A stretch of DNA of 45,458 nt, from the NCBI GenBank assembly GCA_037447435.1, contig JBBIGR010000019.1, positions 1 through 45,458 on the forward strand, given 5' to 3'. The notes beneath the pieces are model-generated. The model had not been told where the DNA came from and did no database searches. It worked only from the letters and a program-made list of their open reading frames with translations. Of the stretch, positions 1-8,731 are shown one piece after another. Source of the DNA: Fibrobacteria bacterium. GTDB taxonomy: Bacteria; Fibrobacterota; Chitinivibrionia; Chitinivibrionales; FEN-1185. The position numbers and the translations under genes were made by a program. Within the stretch, counting starts at the first letter, position 1. Every line of letters starts with the position of its first letter.

Positions 1-1
1 T

Positions 2-55
2 ATCGATACCAAGATCGAAGATCTGAAGAAACAGTTACAGCAAATTAATAAGTAA
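2..55 (+). CDS. 3' end of an upstream gene (partial; coiled-coil-like C-terminus IDTKIEDLKKQLQQINK*)
   Basis: Frame open from the window start to TAA at 53-55; heptad-like pattern. Too short to assign a function. Confidence 0.5.
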   Translation: MDTKIEDLKKQLQQINK

Positions 56-158
56 ATCGAATCGGCATAAGATAGCAGAATTTGTCTGGAGGCAGTGAGA
101 GGACGTAGATTTAGAAGGGACATCCTTTATAATGACTGGAATACTCTTAGGGGGTCGT

Positions 159-1487
159 ATGAAATTTGTTGTGACCATGCTTTGTATGCTTGCGGTTTTT
201 TCGCTTAATGCCGCTGGCGCATCAAAGAAAATTGTTGTTCCAAAAGATATAAAATCAATTCAAAAAGCTCTTGACGAAGCAGATGAAGGCGACACCGTTT
301 TCGTGCAAAGCGGTACGTATCATGAAAATATAGTCATGAAAGATAATGTTGCTCTTGTGGGAGAAAACGTTGAGAAAACCGTACTCAAAGGGAACGGAAC
401 CAAACCTGTTGTCGAAGGCGCAAATTATGCGATAATTAAAAATGTAACAATAGAAAGCGGGTCGGTCGGCATCATTTGCAAAAACACCAACCCGATCATA
501 GAACATACCATCATTCGCGATAATCGTACCGGTATACATTGCCTTATTTCGCTTCCCGAAATCCGGAATAATCTCATTTACGGGAACAAATGGACCGGCC
601 TGTACTGCGAACTGATTACAAATGCGCAACGCACATCGATCGATCACAACTTTATTGCGGAAAACGGCTATTGCGGCATCATGCTCGCGAACAAAAGCGA
701 GGTGTTGATTCAAAACACGATATTTTATAAAAACAGTCAATATGGGATCTTTGTCAATGAGGATTCAAAGCGTTCCCGCATTGTGTACAACGATATTTAC
801 AATAATAGAAGCCCATACAATATGTATGCGGTTATCAATGAAACCAATATTTCAAAAGACCCCGGTTTCAAGGCATACGGCCGATTATCATTTTCCTTCG
901 ATATGTTCGGGGGGCAAGGATATATCCTTTCGGGGCTTGGGAAATCCGGATCAGATATAGGACCAATGTCCGATGCCGCAACCTCCCGGCTGCGTATCGA
1001 CTCCGACAACGACGGTATTCCGGACGATAAAGACCAATGTCCGGATATTCCTGAGGATTTGGACGGATTTCAAGATGCCGACGGATGTCCGGATTTTGAT
1101 AACGACAACGACGGTATTTATGATTCTCAGGACAAATGCCCAAATGACCCTGAAGATTTTGATGGATTTCAAGACGAAGACGGCTGTTCCGACCCGGATA
1201 ATGACGGCGATGGTATTCCCGATAAAGTGGATAAATGTCCGAATATACCGGAAGATAAAGATGGGTATCAAGACGATGACGGATGTCCCGACGGCGGCGG
1301 CCCGGCAACGCCGGTAACACCGACGGGATCGACTCCTGCACAAAAATCATCGGTTGCGCCTGTAAAGGAATCGGCGGTATCGAAACCCGCATCAAAACCT
1401 ATGGAAATTAAACAACCAGTCGTTGCTCCTGCGCCGGAATCTAAAAAAGAGGGCAACAAGGCAAGCAGCGGTCCTGAAAAAAAATAA
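159..1487 (+). CDS. Secreted right-handed parallel beta-helix (pectin-lyase-like/NosD-like) protein with thrombospondin type-3-like Ca-binding repeats and a Pro/Lys-rich tail
   Basis: ATG 159 follows a GGGGG SD-like run. Signal peptide MKFVVTMLCMLAVFSLNA. The SIQKALDEA-x-EGDTVFVQSGTYHENI cap is typical of beta-helix proteins, followed by repeated I-x-N-N-x-I-x-x-N turns and three DxDxDGIxDxxDxCP repeats. Confidence 0.8.
   Translation: MKFVVTMLCMLAVFSLNAAGASKKIVVPKDIKSIQKALDEADEGDTVFVQSGTYHENIVMKDNVALVGENVEKTVLKGNGTKPVVEGANYAIIKNVTIESGSVGIICKNTNPIIEHTIIRDNRTGIHCLISLPEIRNNLIYGNKWTGLYCELITNAQRTSIDHNFIAENGYCGIMLANKSEVLIQNTIFYKNSQYGIFVNEDSKRSRIVYNDIYNNRSPYNMYAVINETNISKDPGFKAYGRLSFSFDMFGGQGYILSGLGKSGSDIGPMSDAATSRLRIDSDNDGIPDDKDQCPDIPEDLDGFQDADGCPDFDNDNDGIYDSQDKCPNDPEDFDGFQDEDGCSDPDNDGDGIPDKVDKCPNIPEDKDGYQDDDGCPDGGGPATPVTPTGSTPAQKSSVAPVKESAVSKPASKPMEIKQPVVAPAPESKKEGNKASSGPEKK
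999..1289 (+). repeat. Three tandem ~33-aa (99-bp) TSP3-like repeats within the CDS
   Basis: DSDNDGIPDDKDQCPDIPEDLDGFQDADGCP / DNDNDGIYDSQDKCPNDPEDFDGFQDEDGCS / DNDGDGIPDKVDKCPNIPEDKDGYQDDDGCP. Confidence 0.9.
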
Positions 1488-1518
1488 AGGCATTGTTTAT
1501 TGAGGAAATGCTTTACAA

Positions 1519-1567
1519 AATGGACGGCAAAAACACTTATAATCCGTAAGTGTTTTTGCCGTCCATT
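1519..1567. terminator. Perfect 21-bp inverted repeat (7-nt loop) overlapping the stop codon and last codons of the 678-aa gene; probable terminator or stabiliser between convergent genes
   Basis: AATGGACGGCAAAAACACTTA (1519-1539), loop TAATCCG, TAAGTGTTTTTGCCGTCCATT (1547-1567). Confidence 0.6.
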
Positions 1568-3573
1568 ATTATAATTCCTTCAAAGAATTCCTGGGAATTT
1601 CCCATGCATTTAAACGGCCTTGGCCCTTTTCCTATGCCAAGGAAATAGCCGACTTCGTAGGCTGTTCCTCCTTTGGGCACTTCTTGTTCGTCGACTCGGA
1701 CCGCCGTAGTATCGACTTTGCAGTTTTTCCAATATGAAGGCGCGTTTCGATTGGGAGAAGGGATATAGACCAGTCCTTTTGTCCGGCCCCAGAGAAATTG
1801 GAAAAGCAAACGGCTTTCAATACTTGCCCAGAATGAGGGACAACTAATTTCTTTAAAGCGCATCATCCGGGGAGTGAAGGCTTCGCGAAGAGAACCCGAG
1901 GAAAAATCTATTTTATGTTTTGTCCAGAAATCATTCACGATATGAATTGCCGAAAGATATTGGTCTTCCATTATGACGTCTTTTTCGGCAACAATCTTGT
2001 CAAATACAATAAATCCGTCTTCGCCCCAGGTAACCACTCGCAAATCGCGGCGTAACAGTTTCTCGCCGGCGGCATTGAAATATAAAATTCTACCCATGGT
2101 ATCGAAACCGTCTTTTTGAGACCGGTCGTTATGAAATACCACTTCCCATTGTTTGATATGGTCTCGCGTTTGCGGGATACCAAGCATGGCAGCTCGGTGT
2201 TGCACGACAAGCTCCGGGTAGGAATGGACATTGAGACCGATCATCGGATGATTGCCGAGCGCTTTCCAGGCAACACTTCTGGTCATGCGGACATTACGGC
2301 GATAGCAAACCTCAACATAGGGATATATGTGGCGAGTGTCGACCGCATTTTCAATTTGCCCGGTACTGTAGAATCTGAATTCCTCCGGGAAAGGTAAAAC
2401 GGCAAGCAAACTTAATTCGAATCCGACTTGGCTTTGGTAAAACAACTCCCAACCCTCATGAGACGGTTCAAAGCCAAAAACCCACGGGCCGGTTTCATTT
2501 TGTTTTGTCAGCAGCGTGGTATCGATCCACGACAATAGTTTCCCCGTTATCGAAAGGGCTCGCGGGTCGTTGTTCCATAGACCCCATGCAAGCGCAAACG
2601 GACGGGGTAGAAAATATGGAATATCTTGGCCGCCCGGCGCATAAATCATTCCCGAAGGAAGGCAGAACCTGAGCAATAAATCGAACGTTTTTTGGTGATT
2701 TTTTCTTCTAAAGCAATCGGGGATTTCCTTGCCGTGATAGGAGTATGCAGCCATTGCAAGTACTACCCACATTCCATAACAGAGAATTTCCGGGTGGAAA
2801 AACCCGTGATTTTCGGCCGTCATATCGGGAAAAAGCGTTTGGGTTGTTGCAAAATGGGAAACCGATTTTTCCAAGTAGGCAGAATGGTCGGTTTTATCGG
2901 AAAATGAAGATGCTATATTAAGGGCCCAGATCGATAAAGACCGTTCCCATTGCTTTTGATGTGCATGTCCCTCGCAAAAATTTATTGCCCACGCTAGGCA
3001 GAGGGTATCGATGGCGTTTTCTTCAATTTTAGTATCGATATCGCAACCACTCGGAGGGCGTACGCCGATAAACCGGTCGGCTTCATATGCGAGGACTTCT
3101 TTAACCCGATCGATAATGGGTTGATGCAACACATCTTTGGCAAGTCGGCATACCAGACCCAATAGAGCTGCCCATAAACTGCTGCGCCAGTTTTCCCCCC
3201 ATCGTTTTCTTTCCAAAAAAGACTCTACGTCGCGGGATCCGGTCAAATGTGTGTCGCAAGCCCAGGCGACACCTTTGTTGAGCATTGATACGAGTTTCTC
3301 AAAGGAGATAAGGGGCTCCAAGAGGCCGGATTCGTTTCTGTAAATATACCCGGCAAGAATGCATAATGTTTGCAAATGCGGCCTGATAACATATTCGATA
3401 ACCGGCGAGGAAGAGGCGACCGACCGCATATTAAACGATTCCGGGTCAATGGTTCCGAACATGCCGCATCGGTCATCCAGATCATGCCACGATTCATTGT
3501 AATAATCCAGGCCGCGCAGCAGTAATAAAAAAATGGTATGCGGTTCGAGTTTTTCTTCAAAATGGAGGGTCAT
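1537..3573 (-). CDS. Hypothetical cytoplasmic protein, possibly an (alpha/alpha)-toroid plus beta-sandwich enzyme of the polysaccharide-lyase/heparinase-like type
   Basis: 678-aa ORF with no signal peptide. The N-terminal ~400 aa look helical, with motifs DTKIEEN and ENHGFFHPE; the C-terminal part is beta-strand-rich. The function is inference only. Confidence 0.6.
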   Translation of the reverse strand: MTLHFEEKLEPHTIFLLLLRGLDYYNESWHDLDDRCGMFGTIDPESFNMRSVASSSPVIEYVIRPHLQTLCILAGYIYRNESGLLEPLISFEKLVSMLNKGVAWACDTHLTGSRDVESFLERKRWGENWRSSLWAALLGLVCRLAKDVLHQPIIDRVKEVLAYEADRFIGVRPPSGCDIDTKIEENAIDTLCLAWAINFCEGHAHQKQWERSLSIWALNIASSFSDKTDHSAYLEKSVSHFATTQTLFPDMTAENHGFFHPEILCYGMWVVLAMAAYSYHGKEIPDCFRRKNHQKTFDLLLRFCLPSGMIYAPGGQDIPYFLPRPFALAWGLWNNDPRALSITGKLLSWIDTTLLTKQNETGPWVFGFEPSHEGWELFYQSQVGFELSLLAVLPFPEEFRFYSTGQIENAVDTRHIYPYVEVCYRRNVRMTRSVAWKALGNHPMIGLNVHSYPELVVQHRAAMLGIPQTRDHIKQWEVVFHNDRSQKDGFDTMGRILYFNAAGEKLLRRDLRVVTWGEDGFIVFDKIVAEKDVIMEDQYLSAIHIVNDFWTKHKIDFSSGSLREAFTPRMMRFKEISCPSFWASIESRLLFQFLWGRTKGLVYIPSPNRNAPSYWKNCKVDTTAVRVDEQEVPKGGTAYEVGYFLGIGKGPRPFKCMGNSQEFFEGIIIMDGKNTYGL

Positions 3574-3585
3574 TATTGTGGTTTC

Positions 3586-3822
3586 TTATAATAGTTTGTC
3601 AATAGGACGACCCATGGAATAAACGGAGATTTCTCCACTCGCAGCTTCGTCTTCACATTTTTTTGCAAATTCCCGCGCCGTATTTGAATCATATAATACT
3701 AAAAACCCATCACCGTAAAAATACGGACGCCTGTCGCCCTGGAGCCAGGAAATATGTTTATCCACTTCATCGCGTAAAAACGCGTTATTGGGGCCGCTAT
3801 AGCCGATTCCGATGTACGCCAT
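3586..3822 (-). CDS. Small hypothetical protein (78 aa from ATG 3822) with a ferredoxin-like beta-alpha-beta-beta-alpha-beta pattern
   Basis: Fills the gap between co-oriented genes and stops 12 bp before the next start. Globular composition (MAYIGIGYSGPNN...). The ORF track extends it to 3876. Confidence 0.65.
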   Translation of the reverse strand: MAYIGIGYSGPNNAFLRDEVDKHISWLQGDRRPYFYGDGFLVLYDSNTAREFAKKCEDEAASGEISVYSMGRPIDKLL

Positions 3823-3929
3823 ATACAAGAAAAAATAAGTAATTGCAGGAATGGCAAACATGGTTTTTACTGGCAAATTACAAATTGTTGCAACATGGCA
3901 AGTACCAAGATTGAAGCTGAAAGAAGTTT

Positions 3930-4508
3930 TTAACGGAATGCGTGTGTTTCAAACGCGGATTCGGTACCGAATACCGGAATTTTTTTTTCGTGCCCGTTCG
4001 ACAGAATGAATTCGTCAACGACTGGAGAAGGGTCCAAAATTGCCGAAATACGGCCGACAGCCTTCAAGTCATTATGAAAACCAATGATAGCGGCAAATCC
4101 GTCTTCATCAATTTCCGTTACCTCTGCCAGCCTGATGGCAATTGCTTTGGATTCCAGGCTGTAGAACTTTCGTAAGTCGGCCGATAATTTTGCAAGATTT
4201 TTTTTAGTTGCCATTCCGCTAATATCTATGAGAGAAAAACGCGTTTTGGGAAAAAGAAAAATATCTAAAAAGTTATCCGCAACGCCTGGATTTGAAATTT
4301 TGTCGTCGCTTGGTTCTATAAGTTCTTTTTCGATGTTTTTTTTATGTGGAAATTGACCGGAATCCAACATTTTCTTCAAAATATTTTCAACGGTTTTAAC
4401 AGGAATTTTTAATGTATGTGCTATCATGTGCGCATTAATATTCTTTTTTGCAAATGAATAAATCCGATGATACATTTCCGATGAAAGTGGGGATGATTTA
4501 TTAGACAT
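3930..4508 (-). CDS. HTH plus STAS (anti-sigma-factor-antagonist-like) fusion protein
   Basis: N-terminal NAHMIAHTLKIPVKTVENILKK is HTH-like. The C-terminal LIDISG...IAIRLAEVTEIDEDG...PSPVVDEFI...IPVFGTESA follows the STAS pattern. Confidence 0.7.
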   Translation of the reverse strand: MSNKSSPLSSEMYHRIYSFAKKNINAHMIAHTLKIPVKTVENILKKMLDSGQFPHKKNIEKELIEPSDDKISNPGVADNFLDIFLFPKTRFSLIDISGMATKKNLAKLSADLRKFYSLESKAIAIRLAEVTEIDEDGFAAIIGFHNDLKAVGRISAILDPSPVVDEFILSNGHEKKIPVFGTESAFETHAFR

Positions 4509-4545
4509 ATGCTTTTGACCCGAGCGTTTATTATTTTTATAGAAT

Positions 4546-4621
4546 GGGGCTGTAGCTCAGCTGGGAGAGCGCGACGTTCGCAATGTCGAGGCCAAGGGTT
4601 CGATCCCCTTCAGCTCCACCA
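4546..4621 (+). tRNA. tRNA-Ala(CGC)
   Basis: Acceptor stem GGGGCTG/CAGCTCC with the G3:U70 alanine identity pair; anticodon arm CGACG-TT-CGC-AA-TGTCG; T-loop TTCGATC; encoded CCA. Confidence 0.97.
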
Positions 4622-4645
4622 TTTTTCCCGTTTAAAACCCCGAAA

Positions 4646-5254
4646 TTACCTTCGTCCTAATGATACATTAATTGGAAACGTTAGGCCAGCTGAAATTTTA
4701 AATATAACAGGCCCGGCTCCGACTTTTACTTTGGCTTCCATAGTTCCAAGCAATTTTCCAATGGGAAAATCACTGCCAACAAGAAAGTCAAAACCAAGTC
4801 CCGGATCGCTCGTGGAAGTATGCGAATGTACGCGAGAATCATCGACCCTTTCAAAGTCGGTAAATTCATTATCCATCAGAAAGACAAATCCGCCGCCGCC
4901 GAATGGACGGAAGGCCGAATTTATAGGCAGATAGAAACGCAAATCGCCGTTTAGGGAAAATTCATTAAAATAAATTTGGCTGTAATATTGATGGCCGTCA
5001 TTGAGCCAAATAATATCACGGGAAGGATCCGCGGCATGCGAATATTCAAAGCTTGGGTAGAGATGAAAAATAGAAGTGATTTTAAAATCCGAATGAATGC
5101 CAACGCCAAAACCAGGATCATACCATTGGGGTGCTAAAAAGCTGAAACGAAACCCGATACCGTCGAATGAAGGTGATGCTTGCATGGAGTATCGGGCAAA
5201 TGCGCTCTGGGAGATCAAAATACAGAGCGCAAGTGTGAACAGAATTTTTTTCAT
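4646..5254 (-). CDS. Small outer-membrane beta-barrel protein (OmpA-like/OMP_b-brl type)
   Basis: Signal peptide ending AFA; alternating amphipathic strands (FRPFGGGGFVF, LGFDFLVGSDF, FKISAGLTF). Confidence 0.75.
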   Translation of the reverse strand: MKKILFTLALCILISQSAFARYSMQASPSFDGIGFRFSFLAPQWYDPGFGVGIHSDFKITSIFHLYPSFEYSHAADPSRDIIWLNDGHQYYSQIYFNEFSLNGDLRFYLPINSAFRPFGGGGFVFLMDNEFTDFERVDDSRVHSHTSTSDPGLGFDFLVGSDFPIGKLLGTMEAKVKVGAGPVIFKISAGLTFPINVSLGRR

Positions 5255-5288
5255 TGTGCCAATTTATTCAAGATAAATCAAAGAAAAC

Positions 5289-6542
5289 TCAGGCAATTTT
5301 CTTATCTACTTTGAGTCCGAAAATCGGCTCGCTCTTTTTTAAAATCACATCACGGGTAATAAGGCATTCTTTAATGTCTTCACGGTCGGGAATTTCAAAC
5401 ATAATTGAAATGAGAACGTTTTCCAAAACGCTGCGAAGGCCACGGGCGCCGGTTTTCTTGGCAATTGCAATTTTGACGACTTCCCTCAGGGCATCCTGGG
5501 CAAAAGTAAGCCGAACCCCTTCCATGCTGAACAATTTTTGAAATTGCTTAATCAGGGAATTTTTCGGTTGAGTCAAAATTGTAAGCAACGCATCCTCATC
5601 TAATTCGTCAAGTCCACATACGACAGGTACACGACCAACGATTTCAGGAATCATTCCGTATTTAATAAGGTCGTCCGGCTCAACCTTACGGAGGCTGTCC
5701 CCAATGCGAAGGGCTTTTTTCTTTCGTAATTCAGCGTTGAATCCCATCCTGCTTTGGCCGACGCGCGATTCGATAATGTCCTCAAGCCCGACAAATGCGC
5801 CGCCACAAATAAACAGAATATCTCGAGTGTTGATTGGAATAAGCGTTTGTTCAGGGTGCTTTCTGCCGCCCTTGGGGGGTACATTCGCAATGGTGCCTTC
5901 CAATATCTTCAGCATTGCCTGTTGCACACCTTCGCCTGAAACGTCACGAGTAATCGAGGGATTGGGAGATTTGCGGGCGATTTTGTCGAATTCATCGATG
6001 TAAATAATGCCTTTTTCTGCTTTCGCAACTTCATAGTTTGCTGTTTGCAAAAGCCGAACGAGCATGTTTTCGACATCTTCACCAACGTAACCGGCTTCGG
6101 TGTATACGGTGGCGTCCACTATGGTAAAAGGAACCTTTAATAATTTTGCAAGAGTTTGCGCAATAAGCGTTTTGCCGGTTCCGGTAGGACCAATCAGCAT
6201 TATATTGCTTTTTTCAATTTCAACGCCGTCGTCATCCGATTGATTCCTCGACAAAACCCGTTTGAAATGATTATATGCGGCAACGCAGACGCTTTTTTTT
6301 ACGGAATCTTGACCAATGACGTATTGGTCGATATATGCTTTTATTTCGCTTGGCGTTGGAAGCGAATCCATGCCCATATCAGTAGTAGTCTTGGTGCGGT
6401 CTTCACGCAGGATTTCATTGCACATTTCAACGCATTCGTCGCAAATATGCACCGAAGGGCCGGTGATGAGCTTGGCAACCGCGTCGGCGGTTTTTCCGCA
6501 GAAGCTGCATTTTATGCCTGGAAACTTCGGTTTAGTGGTCAT
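5289..6542 (-). CDS. clpX: ATP-dependent Clp protease ATP-binding subunit ClpX
   Basis: CSFCGK...ICDEC zinc finger, [40 protein letters not shown]. The AGGAG SD favours ATG 6542 over GTG 6560. Confidence 0.98.
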   Translation of the reverse strand: MTTKPKFPGIKCSFCGKTADAVAKLITGPSVHICDECVEMCNEILREDRTKTTTDMGMDSLPTPSEIKAYIDQYVIGQDSVKKSVCVAAYNHFKRVLSRNQSDDDGVEIEKSNIMLIGPTGTGKTLIAQTLAKLLKVPFTIVDATVYTEAGYVGEDVENMLVRLLQTANYEVAKAEKGIIYIDEFDKIARKSPNPSITRDVSGEGVQQAMLKILEGTIANVPPKGGRKHPEQTLIPINTRDILFICGGAFVGLEDIIESRVGQSRMGFNAELRKKKALRIGDSLRKVEPDDLIKYGMIPEIVGRVPVVCGLDELDEDALLTILTQPKNSLIKQFQKLFSMEGVRLTFAQDALREVVKIAIAKKTGARGLRSVLENVLISIMFEIPDREDIKECLITRDVILKKSEPIFGLKVDKKIA

Positions 6543-6563
6543 ACGCCCGGCTCCTGACACGTG

Positions 6564-7151
6564 TTACTTTTCCCTCTTGACAAGAATTTCGTCTATGATT
6601 CCATAGTTTTTAGCTTCGGTTGCATCCATATAAAAATTGCGGTCCGTATCTTTCTTAATGACGTCGATGGACTGATTGGTGTGCTTTATGAGAATGTTGT
6701 TCAACGATTCTTTAATGCGCATGATTTCCTTTGCATGGATCGCTATATCGGCGGCTTGGCCGCCTGCACCGCCGGCGGGCTGATGAAGCATGATGCGGGA
6801 GTGCGGCAGCGCATACCGTTTCCCTTTCGTTCCGGCAGCCAAAAGTATCGCAGCCATGCTTGCGGCTTGTCCGATACAAATCGTACATACGTTCGGCTTA
6901 ATATACTGAATAGTATCGTAAATTGCCAGGCCGGCCGAAACTATGCCTCCGGGCGAATTTATATAAATCGTAATGTCTTTATCGGCATCTTCGTATTCAA
7001 GGAAAATGAGCTGAGCCATCACCAAATTTGCCGTGATTTCATCTATTTCCGAAGCTAAAAAAATGATACGTTCTTTTAATAGACGCGAATAAATATCGTA
7101 CGAACGTTCGCCGCGTCCGGTTTGTTCGACAACCATTGGGACAAGCGACAT
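6564..7151 (-). CDS. clpP: ATP-dependent Clp protease proteolytic subunit
   Basis: [24 protein letters not shown], catalytic AASMA, MLHQP, DTDRN. Confidence 0.98.
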   Translation of the reverse strand: MSLVPMVVEQTGRGERSYDIYSRLLKERIIFLASEIDEITANLVMAQLIFLEYEDADKDITIYINSPGGIVSAGLAIYDTIQYIKPNVCTICIGQAASMAAILLAAGTKGKRYALPHSRIMLHQPAGGAGGQAADIAIHAKEIMRIKESLNNILIKHTNQSIDVIKKDTDRNFYMDATEAKNYGIIDEILVKREK

Positions 7152-7274
7152 AGGTTTTGCCTTTCGTTATTTCATTATTTTGTCATAAACGCAGACATCA
7201 ATCAAGATACTTTTTTTCGTACCCCGATGTCTCAATAAACAGGAATATTTTAAGAACGAAACATGTTCTTAGTA

Positions 7275-8555
7275 TTACGCTTTTTGTTCCTCAACGTCTT
7301 CAACCGGTTTATACTCACCGATTAGAAAGTCGAGAGTCTTTTGCTCGCGTATATCCGAACGAATACGATTTGTCGTACCGTTCGACCTCATGGTCTGTTT
7401 GACCTGCTCAAAAGGCTGCCCATAATATGCGGCAAGCTGCTCGATCTGTTTATCCACTTCTGCTTGAGTTGCCTTGATTTTTTCTTTTGTCGCGATATAA
7501 TCTATGATCTTATAGCGCTTGATGTTTTTCTCGGCTGTTTCCTTGTATTTCTCTGCAACTTCTTCGTGTGTTAATTGCGGTTCGCCGGGACGTTTGTATC
7601 GTGCCAATTCTTCCATCATGTGATCGATATAACTGTCTATGCGTGCCTGAGGAATGTCGAATTGGTTTTTATCGATGAGCTTCTCGATCGCTTTGTTGTA
7701 GGCTTCGTTTTTAGCTCTGTCGAGTTCCTTTTGCTCGATGTCTTTGCGAACCTGCGCACGAAGAGCGTCTTCGTTTGCAAAGTCGCCGAGTTTCTTGAGG
7801 AATTCTTCCGTCAGTGTCGGGACCGTTTTTTCCTTCACTGCGGTTATCTTTACCGAAAAGAAAGCCTCTTTACCCGCGAGTTCCTTGGTCGCAAAGTCCT
7901 TGGGGAACTTTACGTCGACGTCGACGGTTTCGCCGGAACTGTGCCCTATAAGTCCTTTATCGAATTCCTTTATTTCTCCGTTGCCAAGTTCAATGGGATG
8001 TTGCGGATTCGAAAAATCCTTGCGTTCGGCCCCATCGATAACGACCTTCGCATATTCTATTGTAACGCTGTCGCCTTTTTTCGCAGGCCGCAACACATCG
8101 GCGAAGGTCGCACTGCGTTCACAGATTTCCTCAATTGCCTTGTCCACTTCGCTGTCTTTGATTTTCTTTGGCGATGCCTCGATGCCAAGGCTGCTATAAT
8201 TCTTGATTTCGACTTCCGGGTCGATTTGAATTTCAATGGTAAAGCTTACCGGTTCGCCTTCTTTGGCTTTCAAATTCGACAAGGCACCCTTTGCAATCGG
8301 CGTCACATTGTGTTCTTTGCATGCGCTTTCGAACGATTGCTCGATAAGGTCCTCGACGGCTGCGCTGAAAATCGACGCGCCGAACCTGCTTTTAACCATT
8401 GCAAGAGGAGTTTTACCCTGCCTGAAACCGGGAAGAGATATTTCCCGTTTGTATTCGGAAAGTTTTTTGTTAAAAGCGGTATCTACGTCTTCCTTCGGAA
8501 TTTCGATCTCGATGATACGTAGCCATGATTTCGGTGAAGATATTGTCGACTTCAA
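7275..8555 (-). CDS. tig: Trigger factor
   Basis: LPGFRQGK ribosome-binding signature, FKBP-like middle domain, tig-clpP-clpX synteny; TTG start with GAGGAGG SD. Confidence 0.96.
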   Translation of the reverse strand: MKSTISSPKSWLRIIEIEIPKEDVDTAFNKKLSEYKREISLPGFRQGKTPLAMVKSRFGASIFSAAVEDLIEQSFESACKEHNVTPIAKGALSNLKAKEGEPVSFTIEIQIDPEVEIKNYSSLGIEASPKKIKDSEVDKAIEEICERSATFADVLRPAKKGDSVTIEYAKVVIDGAERKDFSNPQHPIELGNGEIKEFDKGLIGHSSGETVDVDVKFPKDFATKELAGKEAFFSVKITAVKEKTVPTLTEEFLKKLGDFANEDALRAQVRKDIEQKELDRAKNEAYNKAIEKLIDKNQFDIPQARIDSYIDHMMEELARYKRPGEPQLTHEEVAEKYKETAEKNIKRYKIIDYIATKEKIKATQAEVDKQIEQLAAYYGQPFEQVKQTMRSNGTTNRIRSDIREQKTLDFLIGEYKPVEDVEEQKA

Positions 8556-8590
8556 AAAGGTTCCTCCTCAGACAAGCGTGCGTTTTAAAA

Positions 8591-8672
8591 TGCGAGAAGA
8601 GGGAGTCGAACCCACACAGGTTTCCCCACAAGATCCTAAGTCTTGCGCGTCTGCCAGTTCCGCCATTCTCGC
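8591..8672 (-). tRNA. tRNA-Leu(TAG)
   Basis: The reverse complement folds with a GCGAGAA/TTCTCGC acceptor stem, anticodon arm CAAGA-CT-TAG-GA-TCTTG, a long variable arm with GAAA loop and T-loop TTCGACT. CCA is not encoded. Classic position upstream of tig. Confidence 0.96.
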
Positions 8673-8731
8673 GGTAATATGAAGCCAATAAAAATAACTG
8701 AGGTCACCCCCTTGGTACAAGGGGAATGTCC

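Noticed and set aside
132..158. Longer start for the first CDS at ATG 132
   Set aside because: The signal peptide and SD-like GGGGG fit ATG 159 better.
999..1289. Periodic ~99-bp repeats as a CRISPR-like array
   Set aside because: They are degenerate in-frame protein repeats with no spacers and no cas genes.
4515..4543. TTGACC-17-TATAGA as the tRNA-Ala promoter
   Set aside because: The implied start site would fall inside the mature tRNA (about 4550), so it is not reported as a feature.
4509..4934. 141-aa plus-strand ORF
   Set aside because: It runs through tRNA-Ala and antisense to the OMP gene; a shadow ORF.
7575..8522. 315-aa ORF antisense to tig
   Set aside because: In-register antisense frame caused by codon bias; no recognisable motifs.
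4546..8672. tRNA genes as prophage or island attachment sites
   Set aside because: I saw no integrase and no duplicated tRNA 3' end elsewhere in the window.
8591..8672. U:U mismatch in the T-stem and missing CCA in tRNA-Leu as signs of a pseudo-tRNA
   Set aside because: All other arms are canonical, CCA can be added enzymatically, and the position before tig is the usual one.
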